Virus record (IMG/VR): IMGVR_UViG_3300029288_005873
Coordinates: 224,001-288,000 of that record
Reading direction: 5' to 3' (one strand)
Source of the DNA: a virus
Taxonomy: Duplodnaviria > Caudoviricetes
Length of the DNA: 64,000 bases
The position numbers and the translations under genes are program-made. Shown here one piece after another: positions 16,309-25,014 of this stretch (within the stretch, counting starts at the first letter, position 1; each line of letters opens with the position of its first letter). The notes under the pieces were generated by a model. It did no database searches, was not told the origin of the DNA, and saw nothing but the letters and a program-made list of their open reading frames with translations.

Positions 16309-16695
16309 CTAAGCGTCCTTGTCCGCATCCAGCAGGTCGCGCTGAATGCTGTCCACCTCAGCTAGCACTTCCGCCAGCCGCTGCTCCAACTTGACCAACT
16401 GGAGACCACGCTTCAGGGGCGTCATGTCCTCGTCCGCCTTCACACGTTCCAGTCTCGCATGAAGCACGCGGGCTGTCGCCATCAGCGAAGTCACTCGCCT
16501 CTCAGGCGTTAAATTCCCCGCCTTGAGGTCATCCGTGTTCTCCACGCCACGCCCTACCGCCCTACCACCCACTAGCTCCTCCAGCCGCTCGGCGCTCTGG
16601 TTCTTGATGTTGCTCGCCCTCGTCGCAGAGCGCCCGCCCCTCGGGCGGATTTGCTGCTGCTCCACGTACCCGAACACCACCTTGACGTCAGCCAT
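16309..16695 (-). CDS. Hypothetical coiled-coil protein
   Basis: AAGGAGG SD; overlaps the upstream gene. Confidence 0.6.
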   Translation of the reverse strand: MADVKVVFGYVEQQQIRPRGGRSATRASNIKNQSAERLEELVGGRAVGRGVENTDDLKAGNLTPERRVTSLMATARVLHARLERVKADEDMTPLKRGLQLVKLEQRLAEVLAEVDSIQRDLLDADKDA

Positions 16696-17374
16696 CGATC
16701 TCCTCCTTGGCGAAAGCCGCTCGGCACGCCTCCCGCCTCGCCATCATGACGCGCCGCGCCTCCTTGGCAGCCCGGCGCTCCGCCCTGGCGTTGCGATCGG
16801 CGTACCCATTCGGATCGGTACGCCGCCACTTCTCCCCCATCTCCGCCGCTCGAGCCGCCTTGCGCTCCTTGCGGTTCTGCTGAGCCTTGTGGCTCATACC
16901 CGCTTGGTCCAAGATCTCGCCGCAGCAGAACCCGTAGCCGTACCACTGCTCGCTGCTCGTCGCCCTTAGCGCCAGTGCGACTGGGGTGATGATGGCGCGG
17001 GACGGTATGGAAGGCGGGTACACTATGTCAGCCGGAGTCTTGATATATCGTTCCGGCACTACGGGCTGTATCATCTCCAACCAATCAGAGCGGAACACCA
17101 TCTGGTCCGCTATGGCTGTGATGGCATAGCCTTCGCGCGAACCATTACCTACGCGCGTGGGCGCTCCCATCTCGCGTGCCTGTTTGGCCAGACGCCCATC
17201 CACGCTGCCCTCCCACTTCGCGACAAACTTGCGTCCCAGGCCCGCTACCCAGCGCGCCACCCTTCCTAGCGCCTGGGTCTCGTTCTCCGCCTCCACCATC
17301 CCTACCACCTTGGTGGGGAACCGAAGGGCATGGCAAAGCAGGATTGCCTGGTTCAGGATGACATACCGTAGCAT
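16688..17374 (-). CDS. Hypothetical protein with an Arg/Ala-rich C-terminus (first gene of the GC-rich island)
   Basis: Probable start MLRYV. Confidence 0.55.
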   Translation of the reverse strand: MLRYVILNQAILLCHALRFPTKVVGMVEAENETQALGRVARWVAGLGRKFVAKWEGSVDGRLAKQAREMGAPTRVGNGSREGYAITAIADQMVFRSDWLEMIQPVVPERYIKTPADIVYPPSIPSRAIITPVALALRATSSEQWYGYGFCCGEILDQAGMSHKAQQNRKERKAARAAEMGEKWRRTDPNGYADRNARAERRAAKEARRVMMARREACRAAFAKEEIDG

Positions 17375-17420
17375 CTCGCTCCCCTTTCCGCTGCCTTGCC
17401 TCAAGGCGCAAGGCTGGCAA

Positions 17421-17464
17421 GGTTCAAAACATCCGCGGAATTTTTCCGCTGCAAAAAAATTTTT
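17421..17464 (-). promoter_or_regulatory. Duplicated promoter-like element, copy 2
   Basis: GGTTCAAAACATCCGCGGAA.TTTT.CGCTGCAAAAA is shared with 13291. Confidence 0.55.
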
Positions 17465-17690
17465 GGCAAGATTTTTGCTAAGCCGAAAGCGCTACGTGCC
17501 GGGACCTGCGGTCCCTAGTACCACGGATTGTAGCAAGTCGGACTCCGGGGATAACAATACACCGACTTGTACCAAATGCTAACAACGTAGCTATGGCTAT
17601 GACATTTTTGTCATTGCCCTATGACATGCACGCCACTGCGCGCGAGCTCGGCTATGACTGCGGCGTCACAGCTCCCCCGTCTCCTATAAA

Positions 17691-17740
17691 AAGGTGGGGG
17701 ATAGTGGAAAAGAGTGGAGAAAAGTGGAACACAGTGGGAA
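17691..17740 (+). promoter_or_regulatory. Five GTGG direct repeats at exact 10-bp spacing (MraZ-operator-like array)
   Basis: GTGG at 17694, 17704, 17714, 17724 and 17734 in an A-rich context. Confidence 0.55.
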
Positions 17741-17953
17741 GAACATAGTAAAACGTACTAAAAGACAGGGTTAGTGTACAAAATATAAGTACATAAAAAC
17801 ACCAATGTTTTAGCATAGTTACGCTATTAAAAATAGCTCTAAAAAAAACTCAATGATTCCCAGGTCTTCCTTGAACGTTTAGGGATAGTTGGAAAAGGAT
17901 TCTTGTACGGAGTAATGGGGTATTTTATGGGTAGGTTTTACAAAAATGAAAAA

Positions 17954-18538
17954 CTAAGGTTTTCCAATTGTATCAAAGATTGCTTTAAGCAGAAGGGTAT
18001 TACTGGCTATATGGACTATGCCATCGGAGAGTTCATAGCGGAGCATTCCTTGAGGATCAGCATAAACGGAGATATCCACGAAGGGGAGATTTCTTTGAGC
18101 ACATCCTTGGGAAAGAATGTGATTAGCGAGGATTGTATAGGCGGCACGTTCTTGGTCAGAACCTGCTACGGGGAATTCATCACGGTCAATGCGCAATTTT
18201 GGGGCAGGTGGAACTATGCCAAGGATTGCTGGTTTAGGGGTAAGTTGAGATGCCTTATCCAAATACAGGTCAATCCACTCTTGAAGGAGGGGTTGAGGTT
18301 GTCTTCCTCTATTTTTCACATGGACATCGACCCAACAACGCATGTCTATTTCGCCAAAGCAAAGAAGGAGGGAATCCTCCGGGGCGAATTGTATAGAGGC
18401 GACGGAATCAAGGAGTAGTGTTTCATTAGGGTGTCCTATACGTTTAAGGGTAACTGGACCGAGCCAATGAGTGGTAAAACCTGGAGTTTTTTCAAAGGGG
18501 ATGAAGCAGTGGGAGTCGCCCATTGTATGAATTGTCAT
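17954..18538 (-). CDS. SGNH/GDSL-like hydrolase or acyltransferase
   Basis: N-terminal GDSH, FGEID.R and C-terminal DG.VH. Confidence 0.65.
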   Translation of the reverse strand: MTIHTMGDSHCFIPFEKTPGFTTHWLGPVTLKRIGHPNETLLLDSVASIQFAPEDSLLLCFGEIDMRCWVDVHVKNRGRQPQPLLQEWIDLYLDKASQLTPKPAILGIVPPAPKLRIDRDEFPVAGSDQERAAYTILANHILSQGCAQRNLPFVDISVYADPQGMLRYELSDGIVHIASNTLLLKAIFDTIGKP

Positions 18539-19179
18539 ATTGCCGCCTCCATGGCAATTTTGAGGTTTTGGGGATCAAGGAGGTTGTATAATCCAGCAAG
18601 AGTTGGGATATTATGTATAGAGCAGTAATCATTCCAGCCGGCGAAGTCAGACCAGGCATATACAAAGACAAAGCCGATATTAGCGGATTGGGCAGCCTGA
18701 TGATCTAAGCGGGAATCACCTATATAGAGTGCTGGGTGTTGGACATTGAGTTTACGTAGGATATTGTGTTTAGGTTCAGGGGCACCAAGGATATCATCAA
18801 ACAAGTTAAGAAGACCTTTATGGTCTAGAGCTTCAGATATTTCATTAGGATCCCCTCCCGAGACAACGATCCATGTTGTATTGGGAAGGAGATTTTTAAG
18901 TTGGCGTAATGGGGCGCAGGGAGCGGACAGGAGGGATGCGCGCACATAAGAAGCATAGGAAGCAACGAGGGGTTCTATTGGTTCTTGACTTTTTATGATA
19001 TTACGCAGGAAGTGCTCAAATTTAGCATAGCGCGTCATTCCGCCATTTTGGAGATGGTAGTTAACTAGAGCCTGTGAGGGAACTTTTCCAAAGGGGGCTG
19101 TTGTTTGCCTAAAGGCTTCAGTTTTTAGGGGGTTAGAGTTAAATATAGTTCCATCGCAGTCAAGGATTAAAGTTTTCAC
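18535..19179 (-). CDS. HAD-superfamily phosphatase
   Basis: LDCDGT motif I, VSGG motif II, K...IGDS..D motifs III/IV. Confidence 0.9.
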   Translation of the reverse strand: MKTLILDCDGTIFNSNPLKTEAFRQTTAPFGKVPSQALVNYHLQNGGMTRYAKFEHFLRNIIKSQEPIEPLVASYASYVRASLLSAPCAPLRQLKNLLPNTTWIVVSGGDPNEISEALDHKGLLNLFDDILGAPEPKHNILRKLNVQHPALYIGDSRLDHQAAQSANIGFVFVYAWSDFAGWNDYCSIHNIPTLAGLYNLLDPQNLKIAMEAAI

Positions 19180-19892
19180 AGGCCTCTCCTACGCAGGGCG
19201 GTTTCGGCGATTAGGATATCGTCAAAGGTATCGACTGGGATAGAATCGGAAGACATAGGGATCATATGGACATCCATACCCAATTCAAGGAAGCGGAGTA
19301 TTTCGATATCCTCTATAGATTCCAAAGGTGTTTTGCCCGATTTTGCGAAGATTTCGAGGGAAGTTTTAGGGAAGGCATAGAGGCAGACCTGTCTATGAGC
19401 GCCGGAGAATGAGAGAGTTTTTGTAGTTGGGATAGGGGCACGAGAAGCATAGAGGAGGCGCCCATCTGGGCGCACGACAACCTTTGGCATAGAGGGGCTA
19501 GTGAAAGTTTGTTCAGAAAGGGGACAGAAGCCATTGAGCACTCTATCTGGGTAGAGATCAGATTGTGCGATAAGGGTTAAGAGGTCATTGGGATTAAGCA
19601 AGGGTTCATCGCCTTGGACATTGATACAGCGATCAGCATTAAGAGAATTGAGTGCGAAAGCGACTCTATCTGTTCCTGTAGGGCATTGTGGGGTCATGAT
19701 ATATTGGATACCATAGAGGGCACAGATGCCGGCGATTTTGACGTCATTAGTAGCGACCCAGAGATTTTGTTTAGGCACCACTTTAAGGCATTGGAGACAA
19801 GTTCTAATGATCATAGGGATACCGTTAAGGAGAATTAAGGGTTTCCCCGGCAAACGTGATGAATCGAAGCGGGCTGGGACGATGACGATCAT
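19176..19892 (-). CDS. kdsB: CMP-Kdo synthetase-like cytidylyltransferase
   Basis: PAR..SSRLPGKPL, TGTDR, NVQGDEP, LE..E.IE.LRFLE.G, VDT..D. Confidence 0.9.
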   Translation of the reverse strand: MIVIVPARFDSSRLPGKPLILLNGIPMIIRTCLQCLKVVPKQNLWVATNDVKIAGICALYGIQYIMTPQCPTGTDRVAFALNSLNADRCINVQGDEPLLNPNDLLTLIAQSDLYPDRVLNGFCPLSEQTFTSPSMPKVVVRPDGRLLYASRAPIPTTKTLSFSGAHRQVCLYAFPKTSLEIFAKSGKTPLESIEDIEILRFLELGMDVHMIPMSSDSIPVDTFDDILIAETALRRRGL

Positions 19893-20812
19893 AGGCGATT
19901 CCTATCGAACTGATTAAGCCCATTGAGTTTTGGGAGAATGCGGGCGATATCGGACAATGAGAGTCCTGAACCAATCATTTCATAGACATATGTAGGATGT
20001 ATATTATGAAGGGCAGCCAGGTGATAGATTGGATTCGGTCCCCAGCCCAGTTTTTCTTGGAGGATTGCGAAGCGTTTCATAATAGTAAGAAGGGGTTGGG
20101 TATTCAAGTTAGGGAACAAATCTGGGAGCAATTGTTCTGTTCTTGTATTACCTGGACCGCGTCCCATACCCAAGATTGTACAATCGACAATTGTGTTTTC
20201 GGAAAGAGCTTGAATTGAGTTAGCCAGAGCCAGACCTCTACTATTATGGGCATGGACGCCTATTTTACCTTGCCATTGTGAACGAAGGGCGGACAGGGCA
20301 TTTGAGACATCTTTAGGGGACATACCGCCCAAGCTATCGGCAATATAGATTACAGAGATAGGTAGGGTAGAAAAGAACATAGCAGCATCCGCGAGTTCGG
20401 AATAGGAACGCAGGGAAGCCTGCATAATATTGACCATGATTTCGAGGCCTTTATTATGTAGTTGTTTTATAAGGGGTGCGGCGGTTAGGATTTCATGGTA
20501 ATGGAATGCTATACGCACCACTGAGATGAGGGAATTTTGGGGGAACATAATTTCCAAGCTAGAGGGATTAAGTTCCGAGGCATTCACCATAACGCAGAGT
20601 TTCTTCTGGTTTTTTGGGAGTGTACGGACAAAGTCATCAGTAGCATTAGCACAGCTCGGAAGGACGTTCCTTGGGGTCCGGAAGCCTATTTCCAGGTAAT
20701 CAACTGGGAGGCTATTCATAGCGATGATATAGTCATCGATAAGATCTTTTGGAAAATTCCAGGCATTCTGATAGCCGCCATCTCTAAGGGTACAATCAAG
20801 AATTTCGACCAT
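19889..20812 (-). CDS. DRE-TIM metallolyase (4-hydroxy-2-oxovalerate aldolase-like)
   Basis: LDCTLRDGGY, ADSLG, HAHN..GLA.AN, GMGRGPGN..TE. Confidence 0.88.
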   Translation of the reverse strand: MVEILDCTLRDGGYQNAWNFPKDLIDDYIIAMNSLPVDYLEIGFRTPRNVLPSCANATDDFVRTLPKNQKKLCVMVNASELNPSSLEIMFPQNSLISVVRIAFHYHEILTAAPLIKQLHNKGLEIMVNIMQASLRSYSELADAAMFFSTLPISVIYIADSLGGMSPKDVSNALSALRSQWQGKIGVHAHNSRGLALANSIQALSENTIVDCTILGMGRGPGNTRTEQLLPDLFPNLNTQPLLTIMKRFAILQEKLGWGPNPIYHLAALHNIHPTYVYEMIGSGLSLSDIARILPKLNGLNQFDRNRL

Positions 20813-21397
20813 TTAGGCTCCGTGTAGGATGATTTTTCCCTCTTGGGCGAGGCGTAGAAGGGTTGAAGCCTCGTCCTGGAAACTATGACAGGTTGAAGGT
20901 GGAATAATGTAATGATTCCAATAATGTCTGCGAATTCTTTGGACATTTGTTTCAAACCCAAAGATATGAGGAATGAGACCAGCAGATACACAGACATGGA
21001 TAATTGCCATTCCACTAGTTGGCATTGGGGATGGAGGTAAAGAAAGCGAAGATAAATTCAACAGATAAATCTGATTACTAGGATGTAAGGGATTTTCTTT
21101 AGGATCCCAGGGATAAACGCAAATGCGGCTAGACATCAATCTAGAGGCGAACATATCGTCATCTGGAGGATCAGAAGGTTTACATTTGAAAGTATTAACA
21201 TTCATGACCCTTAGGGTTGTGCGTGATCCGACGGAGGTTTCAAAACCCACAGTTGGTGCTCTATTAAATCTGATTACATCGGTATAGGTATCGATATGAG
21301 GTCCGAACTGTTGATTAAGCAAGATATCGCTAGATCCCACTATAGCTAGATTAGTAGAGAGGACATCTATTTTGAAAGGAAGAATTGATCCGCACAT
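20813..21397 (-). CDS. GT29 sialyltransferase-like glycosyltransferase
   Basis: L-motif AIVGSS..L...FG..ID...DVIRFNRAPT.GFE..VGSRTTLR, S-motif PTSG..........IFGF, motif III HYW and VS-motif H...E. Confidence 0.88.
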   Translation of the reverse strand: MCGSILPFKIDVLSTNLAIVGSSDILLNQQFGPHIDTYTDVIRFNRAPTVGFETSVGSRTTLRVMNVNTFKCKPSDPPDDDMFASRLMSSRICVYPWDPKENPLHPSNQIYLLNLSSLSLPPSPMPTSGMAIIHVCVSAGLIPHIFGFETNVQRIRRHYWNHYIIPPSTCHSFQDEASTLLRLAQEGKIILHGA

Positions 21398-21423
21398 GCC
21401 TTAATATCAACAAATTGATAGTT

Positions 21424-22257
21424 TTAGCTAAACAGCAGGCAACCTTCGAGGCAGAGTTTAGGAGGTTGTTTATTCGCAAAATCTTGGAGAAGTTTAGCAC
21501 GAATAGGACCTTGCCAAATATCTTCAAGGCTTTGTGAGAACAAGTTACCTAGGGGGATAGAGGCGTCATAGTCGTAACAACATAGGACTATGGAGCCGTC
21601 CGCCAGGATTGTACAGACGTCATAGGGGTCACGACAAGAAAGAACCTGATTCAAATCGAATGGAGGGCGTTGGACATGGGGTTGAATAACTGGATTCAAT
21701 TTGAAATGTGGGACTTTAGTTGTACCTGGCACGCCGATAGATTTACAAAAGGCTAGGAATTTGGGAACTTCATGGACGTTATGGGCGAAAACAAGAAACT
21801 GTGCGCCCAATGAAGTAGTCATTTTAGCGGCGGCGTGGTGTTTTTTGAGGATTTTCAAGACATTAATAGCTTTATCGAGTGAGCCACCGATTCTATAAGC
21901 GCCGTAAGTTTCTTGGGTCATTCCATCTAGAGAAACAGAGACGCTAGCACCAGAGACAGCGAGCTTAGCGGCGTCTTCATCAGAAAGACAATTAGCGTTG
22001 GTATGTATGCCTGCGGAAGCAAACTGTAAAGTTCTTGATATTATTGAAAAAATATCTCGATTAAGCATAGGTTCGCCCCAGATATGGAGGGCGACATGTG
22101 AGGCATAGGGAGAGATTTTATTGGCGATAGTATCATATTCGCCGATGGTCATATGTTTTTTAGGAAGTATTGTTTTGCCGCAACCGACGGCACAGAGTGG
22201 GCAGCGCAGGTTGCAGCCGCGCACGGTTTCGACCGAGAAGATTTTAGGAAAGTTCAT
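21424..22257 (-). CDS. Radical SAM protein with SPASM/twitch domain
   Basis: CNLRCPLC, GEP, HTN, SLDG, and C-terminal C..P...I..DG...CC.D...GN.....L..IW...C...C. Confidence 0.9.
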   Translation of the reverse strand: MNFPKIFSVETVRGCNLRCPLCAVGCGKTILPKKHMTIGEYDTIANKISPYASHVALHIWGEPMLNRDIFSIISRTLQFASAGIHTNANCLSDEDAAKLAVSGASVSVSLDGMTQETYGAYRIGGSLDKAINVLKILKKHHAAAKMTTSLGAQFLVFAHNVHEVPKFLAFCKSIGVPGTTKVPHFKLNPVIQPHVQRPPFDLNQVLSCRDPYDVCTILADGSIVLCCYDYDASIPLGNLFSQSLEDIWQGPIRAKLLQDFANKQPPKLCLEGCLLFS

Positions 22258-22799
22258 CTAACCCTCTTCCAGGCGAGTATATTATCGGGGTGACCTGGTC
22301 GTGGATCTATACGCACTTTATATCCGAGGGAAGTTAGGTCTTCTGGGTATACATTCCAGAGGTGACGTTCGAACACGTTATCGTAGCACAAATCCTGTGG
22401 AGCTTCGCCGTTGGGACAACCTAGGACCACGAGTGAACAAGCATTTTCTAGATTAGCGAGAGCTTTTGTAAAATATTCCTTATGGACGTGTTCAGGACCA
22501 TGCCACCAGAGTCCAAGGTCATAGGGAGCCGGCAAAAATGAAGAAACCACATCGCCACAGATTACGGGGACGCCATAGGTATGTTGAATAAATTTGGCGT
22601 TTTCCGGCCAGATTTCGATAACGGCGGTATTCCATCCAAGTTGAATCAAGTCATGGAGCATATATGCTCGTTGGACGGAGGCACCGACATACAGTAGTCT
22701 TTTATCTTGTCCGTTAAGGATTTCTGGAAGCTCAGCAAGGAGCGCCCCTTTTTCTGGAAGGTCCTGTGGTCCCATTGGAACATCATATTGATTTGACAA
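22254..22799 (-). CDS. Class I SAM-dependent methyltransferase-like protein
   Basis: LLYVGA, IEIW, GDV, YD...W.HGPEH. Confidence 0.55.
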   Translation of the reverse strand: MSNQYDVPMGPQDLPEKGALLAELPEILNGQDKRLLYVGASVQRAYMLHDLIQLGWNTAVIEIWPENAKFIQHTYGVPVICGDVVSSFLPAPYDLGLWWHGPEHVHKEYFTKALANLENACSLVVLGCPNGEAPQDLCYDNVFERHLWNVYPEDLTSLGYKVRIDPRPGHPDNILAWKRVR

Positions 22800-22870
22800 G
22801 ATTAACCCTCCTGTCGTCTAGATGTCCTATAATTGATAGTTTTTACTTGGGTGTGTATACACCAAAATTG

Positions 22871-23627
22871 TTATCTACATATATACCAATTACCAGGAGG
22901 AATTTCGATAGGCTCTATTTTGGAATTATTCCCCATTACTGATTGCCAATATAATGGTCCGCCTCCTGATGTAACAAAAACATGGGAATAAATAGGAAGT
23001 AGAGATACAAAAGCAGCAAGTTTAGTTGGACCAGCTTCATCAGCGGCATGCATAGAGATAGCTAGAGAAAGATCATTTGGTGGTGGTTTTAGGATAGGAC
23101 TAGACGAATGCGATATAGGAACGCCGCGCTGACCGAGATACATTCGTTGTAGGGCAGAAAGTTCAGGAAGGTCATGGATTATCCATTGTCCGCGAAAACC
23201 TAAAGAATGAGCAATCCTAGCAAAACTACCATAACCTCCGCCGAATTCGAAAACGAAATTAAAATCAGAAATACGATGACCGGTCATACGTTCTAGAACG
23301 AGCATTTGGTGAGCGTGTCCAATGGCAGTACTAGAAGCGCCTTCTAAATCTATAGATGAAGTAAGACCATCTGCCAGGACAGGAAGCCAGCGAGAGAGCC
23401 AATCTGGATCAGCTTGTAATGGGGGTAAGCGTACCGAATTAGCCTCTTGGTCCAGACCATAGACCGCCGCGACTTATTTCCGGCCATTCCCACCAATTAG
23501 AAATATTGCCAGAAGCTCCTCGGGTACGGATACCTATACAAATATCATTCCAATGATCAAGGGAAGTTTCATGTGGTATTGGTTGTCGCATCTCATCGAC
23601 AAAATTTTGTTCGAATTTATCCATCAA
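22871..23627 (-). pseudogene. Putative sugar O-methyltransferase, apparently frameshifted near 23440-23470
   Basis: FEFGGGYG..AR and DLPE...LQ..YL motifs in 22871..23305. That frame stays open to ~23470 and overlaps the 23439..23627 ORF, which supplies a plausible N-terminus. Confidence 0.55.
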
Positions 23628-23669
23628 CTACCCCAAATACAACCTATGACCTTGGATCTGGTAATCTTC

Positions 23670-24389
23670 CTACCCCAGCCCCCAGCGTTTAGAAAGAACA
23701 TCAGCGATCTCTTGAGCAAATTTTGCCCCGGCTTCTAAATCCTTGGATTCGTTGGTTTTAGTACAACGGCATTCTTTGCCACAATCTCCGCCGCCACAAC
23801 AATTCGGCATCGTTGCCTGATCTAATTCCTTTTCTTCACAACAAGAATGGCAGCATTTCTTCTCAAGCGCTTTCCTAAAGGCTTTCTTAAAAACGTTTAT
23901 CATTTCTTTATCGTGAGTAAACTCCTCATCTAGCCATTCATTAGTCTGACAGCTGAATTTTGGACCACAACACTCATTACAATTTTTTCCACAACGATTT
24001 TTACTACAACATGTAAGAGGGAAGAGGGGATCAACTGGATCAAGAAGATCTTGTTCTTCCAACTCTTTAAGGGTTTTTAGGATGGGTTCCTCTGAACTCT
24101 TCTTGGTCAAATCTTTGCGCTTAATAATTCCTTTTTCACCTGAAGCATCAAGGATATGGTTCCAATTAGGATAAGGTAGGTTTGGAATTGAGTTAGGCCA
24201 AACCATAGGATTGAGCTTATCAGCTTGCTGATGAAGCATTGTCGCAAACTCACGCAAATCATCAGCCACCTCTTGAATTGGAACCCGAATAGGCTTAGGG
24301 GGTCGTGGGGGTTCTTTGGTTACGGGAAGCGGACCAACCACGCGGTCGAGAATAGCGTTAACGATTTTTTTCAATAATTCCGTGATCAT
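23670..24389 (-). CDS. Cys-rich hypothetical protein
   Basis: Several CC/CxxxC clusters; N-terminus paralogous to 24393..24746. Confidence 0.6.
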   Translation of the reverse strand: MITELLKKIVNAILDRVVGPLPVTKEPPRPPKPIRVPIQEVADDLREFATMLHQQADKLNPMVWPNSIPNLPYPNWNHILDASGEKGIIKRKDLTKKSSEEPILKTLKELEEQDLLDPVDPLFPLTCCSKNRCGKNCNECCGPKFSCQTNEWLDEEFTHDKEMINVFKKAFRKALEKKCCHSCCEEKELDQATMPNCCGGGDCGKECRCTKTNESKDLEAGAKFAQEIADVLSKRWGLG

Positions 24390-24392
24390 TGA

Positions 24393-24746
24393 TTACTCCT
24401 TGTTTTTTGCGGCCATACATTCTTTGATAAAATACCTCATTTCATCTGGAGACATTTTATCGGCAGAAGTTTTACGCATTTCGAGGATGGTTTTTTTGAT
24501 GTTCTCCATTTGCTCATAAGTTGGAGCGTATTGTTTATAGATTGAGGGCATAACTGCGGCTGGCGGGGGATCGACTTTGTCTGCCAATTCTCTCAACTGA
24601 GTCGCATATCCCTTGGGCCAATAATCTTGAGACATTTCTATTTCTTCTTCGAGGCAGCTTTGTTTGATTTCAGATTTTTCGGGTTGAGGCTCAGCAATAA
24701 AAGCGAGCAATCTCTCTAGGATTTTCTCCAACAATTTCCTGATCAT
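24393..24746 (-). CDS. Hypothetical protein (paralog of the downstream gene N-terminus)
   Basis: MI..LL.KI...L and AT.L...ADK..P are shared. Confidence 0.6.
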   Translation of the reverse strand: MIRKLLEKILERLLAFIAEPQPEKSEIKQSCLEEEIEMSQDYWPKGYATQLRELADKVDPPPAAVMPSIYKQYAPTYEQMENIKKTILEMRKTSADKMSPDEMRYFIKECMAAKNKE

Positions 24747-24810
24747 ATCTTTCTCCTATTCAAAAATTCCCCCATTTTTAAGGGGGTAAAAAATCAATGA
24801 TTATGGGATA

Positions 24811-25014
24811 TTATCCAAAAACAAGTTCCAATAGACGTTCTGCCTTTTCATTGCGGAACGCTGGATCTTTGAGGCGGTCGTCGTCGAGGTTGTCATACAT
24901 GAACATGGCAAGATTGGCTATCCATGCCTCCATATAGCCGGGGTCGGTAGCGATAGCCTTACGTATGCGGTCGCGTGCTGCGGCTATGGGGTTAGTAGTG
25001 TTTATGACCTTCAT
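24811..25014 (-). CDS. Hypothetical phage protein
   Basis: DPGY..AW.AN.AM..YD...RN..AER.L pattern. Confidence 0.55.
   Translation of the reverse strand: MKVINTTNPIAAARDRIRKAIATDPGYMEAWIANLAMFMYDNLDDDRLKDPAFRNEKAERLLELVFG

Noticed and set aside
6740-17582. Numerous plus-strand and alternate-frame ORFs in the GC-rich island (e.g. 9698..10315, 12679..13410, 12411..12803)
   Set aside because: These are shadow ORFs expected at high GC; they overlap better-supported minus-strand genes that have SD sites.
17701-17740. DnaA boxes
   Set aside because: The repeats do not match TTATCCACA; the 10-bp GTGG period fits MraZ-type repeats better.
17903-18418. 171-aa plus-strand ORF
   Set aside because: Antisense to the SGNH-like gene, which has clear motifs and operon coupling.
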